A DNA stretch of 64,000 bases from Phycisphaerae bacterium (lineage in GTDB: Bacteria; Planctomycetota; Phycisphaerae; Phycisphaerales; UBA1924), in the NCBI GenBank assembly GCA_016873295.1, contig VGXM01000006.1:44525-108524 (forward strand). The letters run 5' to 3'. Position numbers and translations under genes: made by a program. This document shows, piece by piece, positions 1 to 9,514 of this stretch; the stretch's first letter is position 1, and every line of letters begins with the position of its first letter. A model generated the notes under the pieces. It had not been told where the DNA came from. It saw only the letters and a list, made by a program, of their open reading frames with translations, and made no database searches.

Positions 1-205
1 GGTGGCTCTTGAACGCATCCGGAGCCTCTGCGAGGATCGTCATGACGAATGCGTTCGCGAAGGACGGGGTCACACGCTCGGCGGTGGTCGCGTCAATCGT
101 CACGAACTCATCCGCGCGGAGAGCCTCAAGAGCGCGCAACGCCATCTTCAGCCCTTCCGCGGCGGAGTTCAGTGTTCGCTCAAACTGGAGAGTGGCGCAA
201 TGCAT
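1..205 (-). CDS. hypothetical protein, 5' part only; the gene runs off the left edge of the window
   Basis: Manual translation of the minus strand from the ATG at complement 203-205 gives MHCATLQFERTLNSAAEGLKMALRALEALRADEFVTIDATTAERVTPSFANAFVMTILAEAPDAFKSH with no stop before the window edge. Composition is protein-like and GC3-rich. It is absent from the ORF track because it is truncated. Confidence 0.35.
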   Translation of the reverse strand, partial: MHCATLQFERTLNSAAEGLKMALRALEALRADEFVTIDATTAERVTPSFANAFVMTILAEAPDAFKSH

Positions 206-266
206 GGACCGTTCTCGCTACTCGCACATACGCGAGTATCGCGTTGATCGGTCGCCTTTGCAACCC

Positions 267-978
267 CTAACCTGAAAGAAACTGCACATCGACCAGGCAT
301 CCCGCGAATCTGGGCAGAACGGCATGAAAACTGGGGCCTTGTCCCGATGCGAAGCACCCATAGGCAGACCCGCTGAGGATCGTCAGAGTGCTTTTTCCGC
401 CTTCGCAGAATCGTCGCAGCTCGTAAAGCCCTACGCCGCTGTTCGGATCACCAAACCGGTTGCGACCGACCGTTCCGGTGACGCCCTCGATCGTCGCCTG
501 CTCGATCGCGTCCCTGTCGGAGGCGATCTGCGCATGTCTGGGGTTTTTCGACAGATGGCCGCGAATGGTCTGACCAAGGTCCAGGACCGCGATCTCAACC
601 GACTGGTTCCTTGGGAACGCCTGCCCCACGACCACGCACCCGATCGGCGATTCGGCGTGCGTCAACGCGTTGAGCACCAACTCATCGAGGTGGTTCGCGA
701 GTTCTCGCGAGACATTGACGGCGTAGTTCAAGTGACGAGCGAGGCCGTTGATCACCCGGTCGGCGAAGTCCCCGGCGGGGTGCCGCAGTTGATCGGCGAC
801 GATGGTCGAGTCGCGTGCCTCAGCCTCGCCCGATTGCACGCCCGTGAACCACCGATCGAGCCTGAGCCCGGTCAAGTAGTCCGCACAGCGTTGGTCGAGC
901 GGCGGGGCGAGGCTCGCTTGCCCATCGGCTTTGGCGCCGAGCGCAATCAAGCAGGCGATCGCGTAGGGCTTGAGCATG
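267..978 (-). CDS. hypothetical protein of about 237 aa, function not recognised
   Basis: This is the C-terminal, non-Arg-rich part of the 267..1799 minus ORF, starting at MLKPYAIACLIALG (ATG at complement 976-978). Third codon positions are strongly G/C-biased. The overlapping plus ORF 324..1091 is Arg/Asp/Gly-rich and looks antisense. Local GC is near 60%, lower than the rest of the window. Confidence 0.45.
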
Positions 979-1105
979 ACCGTCTGGGTGAGGTCGACTC
1001 GCGATGGCAGGGTCTGTTCGTGGGCGCCCGCCGCATGGAGCACGTCCCATGCCAGGCGCTCTCCGCGAAAGTCGCCCGCGTCCGCCTCTGATACGCGCAG
1101 CGAAG

Positions 1106-2713
1106 TCACACCAGGCGTTCCGCGAGGTAGCCCGTGACCTTGTCGAGGGCGATGCGTTCCTGCGCGCCGGTGTCGCGGTCGCGGACGGTGACGGTCTGGG
1201 CGGTGAGCGTCTCGCCGTCGATGGTGAAGCAGAAGGGGCACCCGGCCTCGTCCATGCGGGCGTAGCGTTTGCCGATGGACTGCTTGGGGTCGGTCTCGAT
1301 CAGGCCCGTGCGCCCGAAGCGGGCGAAGAGCTCGTCGTAGAGGCGTTCGGCGACCTCGGGCATGCCGTCCTTGTTGACGAGGGGAAACACCGCGGCCTTG
1401 ATGGGCGCGACGCGGGGGTGGAACTTGAGCAGCTCGGGGCTGGGGCGCGAGGGGTCCACGGTGTAGGCCTCGCAGATGAGGGCCAGGGCCCCGCGGTCGA
1501 GCCCCGCGGCGGGCTCGATGCAGTGCGGGATGTAGCGTTCGCCCTTGCGCGACCCGTTGGGCAGGAGGTCGCCCCGCTCCTGGTCGAAATAGTCGAGCTT
1601 GACCCTGGAGTGCTCCTGGTGCTGGGTGAGGTCGAAGCAGCCGCGGTGGGCGATGCCCTCCAGCTCGCCGAAGCCGGGCGCGGTGAAGGGGAAGCGGTAC
1701 TCGACGTCGCTGGTGCCGATGGAGTAGTGGGAGAGTTCGTCCTTGCCGTGCTCGCGGAGGACGAGGTTGTCGCCGGCCAGCCCGATGGACTTCCACCACT
1801 CCATGCGGAAGTCGCGCCAGAAGCGGTACCAGTCCTGGGACTCGTCGGGGTGGCAGAAGAACTCGAGCTCGGCCTGCTCGAACTCTCGGGAGCGGAAGGT
1901 GAAGTTGCGGGGCGTGACCTCGTTGCGGAAGGATCGCCCGGTGTTGCCGATGCCGAAGGGGACCTTGACGCGGGTGGAATCCACGACGTTCTTGAAGTGG
2001 ATGAAGATGCCCTGGGCGGTCTCGGGGCGGAGGAAGACCTTGCTCTCTTCGTTGAAGACCGCGCCGGTGTAGCTGAAGAACATCAGGTTGAACTGGCGCG
2101 GCTCAGTGAGCGAGCCCTTCTTGCCGGTGAATGGCGAGGGGATATCCGCGGCGTTCTCGCGGAGGAGCGGCACCGGCACGACACGCACGGACCAGGCCTG
2201 CATTCCTTGTCCGAAGTCCGCCTCGACAAGCCCGGCCTCCGCGTTGACCTGCCCGAGGTTGCGTATGCCGATGGTCTTGCGGAGTGACTTGTCCGAGGCA
2301 ATCTGCTCGACGGCCTCGCCGGTCGTTGACGCGACGACCGTGCATCGCGGCATGATCACGTCGGACCCACCCGCAAACAGCCCCGAGAGTTGGTCCGCGC
2401 GGAAGCGCTGTTTGGTCTCTTTGTCGTCCACCATCGGGTCGTTGAAGCCCGCGACGTGCCCGCTGGCCTCCCAGACCTTGGGGTGCTGGATGATGCAGGT
2501 TTCGAGGGGCACGCAGCGGACGCGTTCGCCGTCGGGTCCTTTGCGCCCCCAGGCGGGGTTCATGATCATGTCCTGCCACCAGGCGTCGCGGAGGTTCTTC
2601 TTGAGCTGGGCGCCCAGGGGCCCGTAGTCCCAGAAGCCGTTGATCCCGCCGTAGATGTCGCTGGCCTGGTAGACGAACCCGCGGCGCTTGCAGAGCGCCA
2701 TGATCGCGTCCAT
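1106..2713 (-). CDS. glyQS: glycine--tRNA ligase, class II dimeric GlyQS type
   Basis: The protein MDAIMALCKRRGFVYQASDIYGGINGFWDYGPLGAQLKKNLRDAWWQDM...FPFTAPGFGELEGIAHRGCFDLTQHQEH...PFCFTIDGETLTAQTVTVRDRDT is an unmistakable GlyRS. The ATG is at complement 2711-2713. The Ser/Thr/Pro/Ala-rich upstream extension of ORF 1106..3766 is rejected. Confidence 0.95.
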   Translation of the reverse strand: MDAIMALCKRRGFVYQASDIYGGINGFWDYGPLGAQLKKNLRDAWWQDMIMNPAWGRKGPDGERVRCVPLETCIIQHPKVWEASGHVAGFNDPMVDDKETKQRFRADQLSGLFAGGSDVIMPRCTVVASTTGEAVEQIASDKSLRKTIGIRNLGQVNAEAGLVEADFGQGMQAWSVRVVPVPLLRENAADIPSPFTGKKGSLTEPRQFNLMFFSYTGAVFNEESKVFLRPETAQGIFIHFKNVVDSTRVKVPFGIGNTGRSFRNEVTPRNFTFRSREFEQAELEFFCHPDESQDWYRFWRDFRMEWWKSIGLAGDNLVLREHGKDELSHYSIGTSDVEYRFPFTAPGFGELEGIAHRGCFDLTQHQEHSRVKLDYFDQERGDLLPNGSRKGERYIPHCIEPAAGLDRGALALICEAYTVDPSRPSPELLKFHPRVAPIKAAVFPLVNKDGMPEVAERLYDELFARFGRTGLIETDPKQSIGKRYARMDEAGCPFCFTIDGETLTAQTVTVRDRDTGAQERIALDKVTGYLAERLV

Positions 2714-2870
2714 GGATTTGGCGGGCGTGGTCACGGGTGCCTCCTGGGGTGGAGGCAAGGGTAGGGCCCGCGCGCGTCGGCTGAGCGCCTCGCGCACGAG
2801 CCCCGGGCGCGAGCCCGGGGTTCCTCGCGCCCGTGCGCCGGGCACCCCCCGCGGCGGGCTCGTCCGCGCG

Positions 2871-3992
2871 TCAGGGTTCGAGGCCGTCTTCGGGCTCGTC
2901 GGGCTCCGGCGTCCCCCACTGGTCCTTGGGGAGGTGCCGATGGTGGACGTGGATGACGCGGGCCAGTTGGCGTCCGAAGATGTCGCCGATGACGCGGAGG
3001 CCCTCGCGGTGCGTCTCGTTGAAGCCCGATCGGCGGTCGCGGAAGAGGACGATGACGGCGAGGGTCTCGTCGTCGTGCCGGCAGGCCAGGGCCGCCAGGG
3101 CCGACTCGCCCATCCAGTGGGCGTGGTCGCCCAGCTTGTCCTCCAGCGCCTCGGCGGACTCGAGGATCGTGACCTCGGTCTGCTTCTCGAAGCGCGGGGC
3201 CAGCACCGCGGCGAGGTGGTCGAGGAGCACCTCGGCGGTGTCCCGGGGCACGTCGTAGTTGACGTAGGCGCCCAGCGAATACTCGCCGCTGGAGGCGGGG
3301 AGGAAGATGGCGGCGTTGGTGGACCCGAGCTTGGCGAGCACGAACTCCAGCGTGGTGCGGAGGAGGCTCTCGACCTCGAGCTCCTGGCGGACCACCCCGG
3401 AGAACTCGCTGGCGAGCGTGACCTTGCCGAACTGGTCGGTGAGCTCCTTGTAGGCGTCGGCCAGGTCGGTGCAGAGCGAGCCGACCTGGCGCGAGACCTC
3501 CTGGCGGGCGCCGTTGAGCTGCTTGCAGAGTCGGCGGAGGCGGTCGAAGCGCTCGCGCCGGGCCTGGAGCTCGCGGGCCTTGCGCATCGCGGCGTCGAAG
3601 CGCTCGCGCAGGGCGTCGGCGGGGAGGGACGCGGGCCAGAAGTCGGAGACGCCGCTGCGCATGGCGTCGACCGCGGCGTCGAGCGTGGGGGACGGGGACG
3701 CGAGTACGCACACGAGGGCCAGGTCCAGGCGCGTCGCCGTTTCCGCCAGGTCGCAGCCCCGGGCATCGGTCAGCCTCTCGGCGGCGACCAGCAGGTTGAA
3801 CTCGCCGGCCCGGACCAGCCCCAGGGCCTCGGCGGCGCTCCAGGCGTGCGTGACCAACGCCCCGAACTGGGTGAACCGTCGGAGGAGCGTGTCGCGGGCG
3901 GGGGTGTCGAACCCGGCGAGGAGGACGCGGGGCGCGGTGAGCGAGATCGGGCCGGTCGTCGCGTCGGCGCGGGGCTGCTTGCGGCGTGGCAT
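2871..3992 (-). CDS. response regulator with N-terminal receiver domain and a C-terminal GAF-like sensory domain
   Basis: The receiver-like N-terminus is VLLAGFDTPARDTLLRRFTQFGALVTHAWSAAEALGLVRAGEFNLLVAAERLTDARGCDL...LVCVLASP. The gene sits 3 nt downstream of the histidine-kinase gene in the same orientation. Confidence 0.75.
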   Translation of the reverse strand: MPRRKQPRADATTGPISLTAPRVLLAGFDTPARDTLLRRFTQFGALVTHAWSAAEALGLVRAGEFNLLVAAERLTDARGCDLAETATRLDLALVCVLASPSPTLDAAVDAMRSGVSDFWPASLPADALRERFDAAMRKARELQARRERFDRLRRLCKQLNGARQEVSRQVGSLCTDLADAYKELTDQFGKVTLASEFSGVVRQELEVESLLRTTLEFVLAKLGSTNAAIFLPASSGEYSLGAYVNYDVPRDTAEVLLDHLAAVLAPRFEKQTEVTILESAEALEDKLGDHAHWMGESALAALACRHDDETLAVIVLFRDRRSGFNETHREGLRVIGDIFGRQLARVIHVHHRHLPKDQWGTPEPDEPEDGLEP

Positions 3993-3994
3993 CG

Positions 3995-6307
3995 TCAGGG
4001 CTCCGGGTCCGGCGCCAACGGGTTGGCCCGCCGCCGGTCCACCGGGACGACGCGGGGCACGGAGATGATGCCGACGGCTCCGCCCGACGGCGCGTTCTCG
4101 ATCGTCACCGTTCCCCCCAGCGACTCCACCATCCGCCGGGCCCGCGTCAGGCCCAGGCCCCGCTGGCGTCCCGCGGGCTTCTCGCTGAAGAACGCGTCGA
4201 ACCCGTGCCGACGCGCCCGCGGCGTGAGCCCCGGGCCGGTGTCGATCACCATGAACACCAGTCGGTCATCCACGGGGTCCGTTTGAGCCGTGATGCGCAC
4301 TCGGCACGAACCGTCCGCCTCCCGGGCGTTCACCACCAGCTCGGCGATCGCGATCGCCAGCAGTTCGGGGTCCTGTTCGGCCCGCGGCAAGCCCTCGGGG
4401 AGCTCCGTCTCGACGCGGGGGTCAGCGCCCAGGCGGGCCCGCGCCAGCTCCACGGCCCGCGCCACCGCTTCGCCCGGCGCGAACTCGCTGTGGAGCCCGG
4501 GCAACGGGTTGGACAGCACGTACAGCGTCGTCACCAGCTCGCTGATCTGCTCCCCCGCCTCCGAGATCGCGCGCAGGGCCTCGGCGTGCGGGCTCGCACG
4601 CAGTTCCTCCTGCAACTCCTGGCACCGCAGGCTGATCGTCGTCAGCGGGTTGTTCAGCTCGTGGGCCGCCCCCGACGCGAACTCGCCCAGGCGCGCCAGT
4701 GACTCGGCCTCGGTGATCCGCTCCTGGGAGAGCGCCAGTCGCCGCGAGGTGTGCGCGAGCGTGTCGTTGGTGCGGCGGGCGCTCTCCAGCGCCCACGCCG
4801 ACTGCAGCGCCGACGACCACAACGCCGCGACCTCGGGCGGCGGCGGGTCGGCACGCTCGGCGACCCACACGAGCGCCACCGCGGGCGTGCCGGGCTCGGC
4901 GCCGGGCGGCGTCAGCGACTCCAGGCGCAGGCGCCCCGGGCCGGCGTTGTCGCCGAGCTGGGACGCGACACGCGCGATCCGACCCAGCGCGTCGTCCGCC
5001 CCCGCGTCGCCGGCGTCCGGCGCCGGGATCGGCACGGCGCCCATCGGCAAGCCGCTGCGCGGGTGGAACCGCGCCAGCCGCCCGCTCCCGTCCGGGCCGT
5101 CCAGGCAGGCCACGCCCAGGAGGTCGGCGTCGAGGACGCGCGTCGCCGAGCGCGCGATGGCCTCGGCCAGTTGGGTGAGGGACTGCCCCACCGTCGTGGA
5201 CTGGACGAAGTCGCGGACGGCGTGGAGCGAGGCTTCCCGCTTGGAGGCCTCCCACGCGGCCCCGCGCAACTGGGCCGCCATCGAGGCCAGTTCGCCGTTG
5301 GCCGACACGATCGCCGACGTGAGCAACTGCGGGCTCGTGACGAGGTCGAGCCCCAGGGCGGCGACCCGGGCCGCGACCTCCTCGAAGAGGGGGACCGTGA
5401 GCTCGTCGAGAGTGCTGCCGGCGATGGACCAGGAACGGGCGATCGAGGAGAGGGAGGGCGGCGGGCTGAAGTCGCCCGACCACCCGAGGCGCAACGACCG
5501 GGCCAGGGCGTTGGCGAGGGTGACGGCGGAGATGAGCCCGCGGTGGGCGGTGTCGGGGATGGACGCCGCCGGACGCGAGTGCAGCCAGATCGAGTCGCGC
5601 AGCGACGCGTGGAGGCCCCAGTGTTCGGCCAGCCGCCGCCCGGCGCCGTGATGGTCGATGCCCAGGACCGCGCGCTCGACGTAGGCGGAGTCCTCGCGGC
5701 GTCGCTCGGCGAGCGCGAGCACCTTGCCGTAGGCGCGGGGCAGGACCGTGTCGAGCGCGAGCCGCCCCAGCCCGTGGAGCAGCCCGGCCATGTAGGCCTC
5801 GTCGGGGGTGACGCCCAGCCCGGGGAAACGCCCCGCGACCAGCTCCGCCGCGCACCCCACGCCGATGCTGTGGCGCCAGAAGCCGGTGCGGTCGAAGGCC
5901 GAGGCACGCTCGTCCTGGGCCGAGACCTCGCGGGCCAGCGACTCGTCCTCCGACCCGCCCCGTTCGAGCAGGTCGAAGATCTGGACGGAGAGGACGGCGG
6001 CCCGGACGGCGTCGAGCCCGAGCATGAGCACGGCCCGCCGCACCGTGCCCACGCGCGCTCCCAGCCCCTTGTCCGCCGCCCCGCACATCTTCAGGATCCG
6101 CGCCGCCTGGGCCGGGTCGGACTCGATGAGCCGGATGATCTCGTTGAGGTCCGCCTCACGGGCGCTGGTGATGGAGAGCAGCCGCGTCGCCACCGCCGGC
6201 AGCGTGGGCAGGTCGTCGACCCGCTGGAGGACGGCCTCGACGCGGCGGGCGCGCAGCTCTCCCCCGCGGGCGAGGGCTTGGTCGTGCTGGTGGTTCAGGA
6301 GGTTCAT
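3995..6307 (-). CDS. cytoplasmic sensor histidine kinase with HDOD, GAF-like, HisKA and HATPase_c domains
   Basis: The N-terminus MNLLNHQHD...VDDLPTLPAVATRLLSITSAREADLNEIIRLIESDPAQAARILKMCGA is an HDOD domain. The H-box is FASGAAHELNNPLTTI. The ATPase G-boxes are VIDTGPGL and GLGLT. The ATG is at complement 6305-6307; the upstream Arg-rich extension to 6991 is rejected. Confidence 0.85.
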   Translation of the reverse strand: MNLLNHQHDQALARGGELRARRVEAVLQRVDDLPTLPAVATRLLSITSAREADLNEIIRLIESDPAQAARILKMCGAADKGLGARVGTVRRAVLMLGLDAVRAAVLSVQIFDLLERGGSEDESLAREVSAQDERASAFDRTGFWRHSIGVGCAAELVAGRFPGLGVTPDEAYMAGLLHGLGRLALDTVLPRAYGKVLALAERRREDSAYVERAVLGIDHHGAGRRLAEHWGLHASLRDSIWLHSRPAASIPDTAHRGLISAVTLANALARSLRLGWSGDFSPPPSLSSIARSWSIAGSTLDELTVPLFEEVAARVAALGLDLVTSPQLLTSAIVSANGELASMAAQLRGAAWEASKREASLHAVRDFVQSTTVGQSLTQLAEAIARSATRVLDADLLGVACLDGPDGSGRLARFHPRSGLPMGAVPIPAPDAGDAGADDALGRIARVASQLGDNAGPGRLRLESLTPPGAEPGTPAVALVWVAERADPPPPEVAALWSSALQSAWALESARRTNDTLAHTSRRLALSQERITEAESLARLGEFASGAAHELNNPLTTISLRCQELQEELRASPHAEALRAISEAGEQISELVTTLYVLSNPLPGLHSEFAPGEAVARAVELARARLGADPRVETELPEGLPRAEQDPELLAIAIAELVVNAREADGSCRVRITAQTDPVDDRLVFMVIDTGPGLTPRARRHGFDAFFSEKPAGRQRGLGLTRARRMVESLGGTVTIENAPSGGAVGIISVPRVVPVDRRRANPLAPDPEP

Positions 6308-6330
6308 GCGTCGGGGCGGGGGGGCGGCAA

Positions 6331-6951
6331 CTACGCGATCGCGGTGCGGGCGGCGCCCATCCCCAGCAGGCCGCGCACGCGCTCCAGCAGGTGGTGGACG
6401 TCGAACGGCTTCTTGATGAACTCGTCGGCGCCGGCGTCGAGGAGCGACTGCACCTCCGCGCGATCGACGGCGCCCGACACGAACACGATCTTGACCGGGC
6501 CCAGCTCCGGGCGGGCCCGGATCCGCCGGCACACCGCCGTCCCGTTCACATCGGGCAGCATGTAGTCCAGAAGGACCAGGTGCGGGCGGAAGCTCTCGGT
6601 GAGCATCCCCGCTTCGTACCCCGTGCCCGCGACGCGGAGGTCGAAGCGGGGGTCGCGGGCGAGCAGCTCGGCGAGCGCGCCCGCGATCTGCGGGTCGTCG
6701 TCCACGATCAGGACGCGGCGCTTCCCGGGCCCCTCCAGGGCGTCGGTCGCGATCCCGTTGGCCCGCATGAAACAGATCAGCTCCTCGCGCGGGATCCGCC
6801 GGAACTTGGACCCCGGCACGCGGAACCCCCCCAGGCGACCCGAGTCGAAGCACCGGATGATGGTCTGCTGCGACACCTTGCACAGGGCCGCGGCCTCGCC
6901 CGTCGTGAAGACGCGCTTCTCGCTCGGCTCGCTGGGCGTGTCTTCGGACAT
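6331..6951 (-). CDS. response regulator with N-terminal MerR/excisionase-type helix-turn-helix and C-terminal receiver domain
   Basis: The HTH is FTTGEAAALCKVSQQTIIRCFDSGRLGGFRVPGSKFRRIPREELICFM. The receiver is RVLIVDDDPQIAGALAELL...LVLLDYMLPDVNGTAV...KIVFVSG. The start is ambiguous between the ATG at 6951 and the GTG at 6963. Confidence 0.8.
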   Translation of the reverse strand: MSEDTPSEPSEKRVFTTGEAAALCKVSQQTIIRCFDSGRLGGFRVPGSKFRRIPREELICFMRANGIATDALEGPGKRRVLIVDDDPQIAGALAELLARDPRFDLRVAGTGYEAGMLTESFRPHLVLLDYMLPDVNGTAVCRRIRARPELGPVKIVFVSGAVDRAEVQSLLDAGADEFIKKPFDVHHLLERVRGLLGMGAARTAIA

Positions 6952-7115
6952 GGCTGACCCCACGCCCCGGCCGCGCCTTCACAGGCGGCACCGACGGCGC
7001 AGGCGTCTATCGACCCCCAGAACCCCCGACTTCACGCCCAGCCCCGACCCGCCGCCCTCCCCACGCCCCCGGGCCCGCGTCGTGCGTCGGTTATCCGGCA
7101 CGGGCCGCGGCGGCC

Positions 7116-7829
7116 CTACGGGCGGCGGGCCCTGAGGGCCCTCCACTTCACCACCGCCTCAGGCTCGCGCGGGTAGAGGGGGTGGAGCGCCGCCGGGTCG
7201 CCCGGCGGCGACCCCGACGACAGGTCCAGCAGTGCCAGCGGGTCGAAGACGGGCGCGACCACCCGCATCCCCAGGTCGACCGCCCGCGCGCGCATGGGCT
7301 CGGGCAGGAACCGATCCGCGACCAGGCACCTCACGCTCAGCCCTTCCAGCCCGTCGCGGTCCAGGAGCGAGCCGGCACCCTCCGGTTCGTTCGGCGATCG
7401 GAAGCGCGTGACGAACGCGTCGTCGCCCTTGGAGGCCAGCGCGACCGCGAAGGGGCCCGGCTCGGTCACGCGGGCCGCGACCACGCGGGCGCTGGCGATC
7501 CCGACGACCCGGGCCCCGACCGACCAGGCGATGAACCGCCCCACCGTCACCGCGATCCGCAGGGCGGTGTACCCCCCGGGGCCGACCGACACCGCGACGA
7601 GCCCGAGTTCCGCCGGGCGGCGCCCGAGGCGCACGAAGAGGCGGTCGATGGCCGGCAACAGGTCGTCGTCGTGGGGCTTGGTGACATCGACGGGCTCGAC
7701 CCCCAGGGGCGCCACCCCACCCGCGTCGGCCAAGCCCAGCGCGACCCCCGCGCGGATGGGCTGGTCGGGCGTCCACGCCGACGGGTTGCTGGTCTCGATC
7801 GCGAGGATGAGCGGCTGGGCTGGGGGCAT
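7116..7829 (-). CDS. tsaB: tRNA threonylcarbamoyladenosine biosynthesis protein TsaB (YeaZ family)
   Basis: The N-terminus LILAIETSNPSAWTPDQPIRAGVALG...VAVSVGPGGYTALRIAVTVGRFIAW shows the inactive Kae1/YgjD-homolog signature. Confidence 0.85.
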   Translation of the reverse strand: MPPAQPLILAIETSNPSAWTPDQPIRAGVALGLADAGGVAPLGVEPVDVTKPHDDDLLPAIDRLFVRLGRRPAELGLVAVSVGPGGYTALRIAVTVGRFIAWSVGARVVGIASARVVAARVTEPGPFAVALASKGDDAFVTRFRSPNEPEGAGSLLDRDGLEGLSVRCLVADRFLPEPMRARAVDLGMRVVAPVFDPLALLDLSSGSPPGDPAALHPLYPREPEAVVKWRALRARRP

Positions 7830-8052
7830 CGTGGGCGGGCGAGGCCGGGGTCGGGTACGCTAGTGCCCTGATCCTGGGGCCGCCGCGTGCATCCCAGGAA
7901 TGACGCCGGACGGCTGGAGACCGCGCAGAGGGCCCCTCCGTGGGCGCGCGGAGCGGCAGGATCGGCGTGGGCTGGGCCTCCGCCGACAACCCCTCCCCGG
8001 CCCTCCCCCGGAGGGGGCGAAGCCGGCTCCCAGACTGCATGAGGAACGGACC

Positions 8053-8907
8053 ATGATCGATCGATCGACATGCGGCGTGGGTGTGGCGGCGGCCTTGGCG
8101 TGGGGCGCCCCGGCGATGGCGCAGGAACCGCCCGCGCTTGAGGCCAAGCCCGCGCCGTGGCGGTTGCAGGCCACGCCCGGCGCGTGGTACGTGGGCCTGG
8201 GCGGCGACCTGACCATGCCCGGCCCCTCGGGCGATGGCATCCCCTCGACCAACACCATGATGGACCTGATCGACATGGACCTCGACGGCCCGCGGCTGGC
8301 GCCGGCGTTGCGCGTCGACGCGCGCCTGGACCCCTGGCGCCTGACCGTCTCCGGCTTCTCGACGTCGGCGGAGAGCCGCTGGTCGGCCCCCTCGCCCCTG
8401 CTCTTCGGGACGCTCGCGATCGGCGCGGGCGAATCGGTCGAGAGCCAGATCGACTACGCCGGGCTCGAGTTCGCCCTCGGGTACCGGGTCTGGGAGAAGT
8501 CCACGGGCGTCAGCCCGGCGGGGCGCGTCAAGGCTCAGCCGTCGGCCACGGTCTTCGTCGGGGCCCGCCTGCACGACGTGGGCGTGCGCTCGACGCGGAC
8601 CCTGGGCCCGGTCACCGGCACGCAGGACGTGAACGAGGCCTTCGCCGAGCCCATCGCCGGGCTGCGGCTCGAGCTCGACGTCTACGAGCGGGCCACGCTC
8701 GACCTGCAGGTCGACGCCGGGACCTCGGGCGCCAGCACCTCGTGGAGCATCTGGGTCGGGTTTCAATACCGCCCTCTCGATTGGCTCGGGCTCTACGTTG
8801 GGTATCGACACCTCGGTTTTGACGTCAAGACCGGTTCGGGCTTGGATCGGTTCCGGTGGGAGGGGTCGGCGGCGGGCCTCGGCGCCGGGATGGTGCTGCG
8901 GTTCTGA
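8053..8907 (+). CDS. secreted or outer-membrane beta-barrel-like protein of unknown function
   Basis: The signal peptide is MIDRSTCGVGVAAALAWGAPAMAQEP. The rest alternates amphipathic beta-strand-like segments and ends in an aromatic residue (MVLRF). The RBS-like gaggaacgga lies just upstream of the ATG at 8053. The upstream part of ORF 7900..8907 is rejected. Confidence 0.6.
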   Translation: MIDRSTCGVGVAAALAWGAPAMAQEPPALEAKPAPWRLQATPGAWYVGLGGDLTMPGPSGDGIPSTNTMMDLIDMDLDGPRLAPALRVDARLDPWRLTVSGFSTSAESRWSAPSPLLFGTLAIGAGESVESQIDYAGLEFALGYRVWEKSTGVSPAGRVKAQPSATVFVGARLHDVGVRSTRTLGPVTGTQDVNEAFAEPIAGLRLELDVYERATLDLQVDAGTSGASTSWSIWVGFQYRPLDWLGLYVGYRHLGFDVKTGSGLDRFRWEGSAAGLGAGMVLRF

Positions 8908-9136
8908 GTCTGGCAGGCCCGGGGATCCGCCCAATCCGTGCGCCACACCGCCCGGGGGTGTTGACGCCGACGCCGGAATCGAAGATACTCCACGTTCGCA
9001 GGGAGTCGGATGCGACTAGTCTTGCGGGAGGTGGGGCGTGCCAAGGAACGCGACGTGCCGGGCAGCGCGGCGCATTCGGCGGGGCTTCCCATCGGACCCG
9101 CTCGACCACCAGGCCGGGCACTAGAGAGGGCGATGC

Positions 9137-9511
9137 ATGGGCACTCTCACGAAGAAGCAGTTGATCGAGAAGATCTCCGCGCGGACCAGGATCCCCCGGA
9201 CCGAGACGCGCCTGGTCGTCCAGGAGTTCCTCGACCAGATCATCCTCGAGCTCAAGCGCGGGCACCGCGTCGAGTTCCGCGACTTCGGCGTCTTCGAGGT
9301 GAGGATCCGGGGCGAACGCACCGCCCAGAACCCCAAGACCCTCGCCCAGGTCCGCGTGCCCGCCCGGCGCGCCGTCCGGTTCAAGATGGGTCGGCTCATG
9401 CGCGAGAGCGTCGCCACCGAGCCCAAGCCCGCCCCCGACGCCCGCGCCGACCACGCGCCGACGCCCGACGTCGTCACCGTGGGCACCCGGGCCGGGAAGT
9501 CCCGCGTCTAG
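9137..9511 (+). CDS. HU/IHF-family DNA-binding protein with an extended Pro/Ala-rich C-terminal tail
   Basis: The core MGTLTKKQLIEKISARTRIPRTETRLVVQEFLDQIILELKRGHRVEFRDFGVFEVRIRGERTAQNPKTLAQVRVPARRAVRFKMGRLM is a classic HU/IHF fold. It is followed by about 35 extra residues. Confidence 0.85.
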   Translation: MGTLTKKQLIEKISARTRIPRTETRLVVQEFLDQIILELKRGHRVEFRDFGVFEVRIRGERTAQNPKTLAQVRVPARRAVRFKMGRLMRESVATEPKPAPDARADHAPTPDVVTVGTRAGKSRV

Positions 9512-9514
9512 CCA

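Noticed and set aside
324-1091. Plus-strand 255-aa ORF overlapping the 267..978 minus-strand gene
   Set aside because: It has Arg/Asp/Gly/Val-rich composition and poor GC3 bias compared with the minus-strand frame, so it is likely antisense.
2714-3766. N-terminal 350-codon extension of the glyQS ORF (1106..3766)
   Set aside because: It is Ser/Thr/Pro/Ala-rich and overlaps the bona fide response-regulator gene 2871..3992 on the same strand in another frame. GlyRS starts at the conserved MDAIMAL.
7159-8946. 595-aa minus ORF and several others (7182..7871, 7294..7863, 8157..8822) over the tsaB/OMP region
   Set aside because: They overlap well-supported genes and have Arg/Pro/Gly-rich low-complexity translations.
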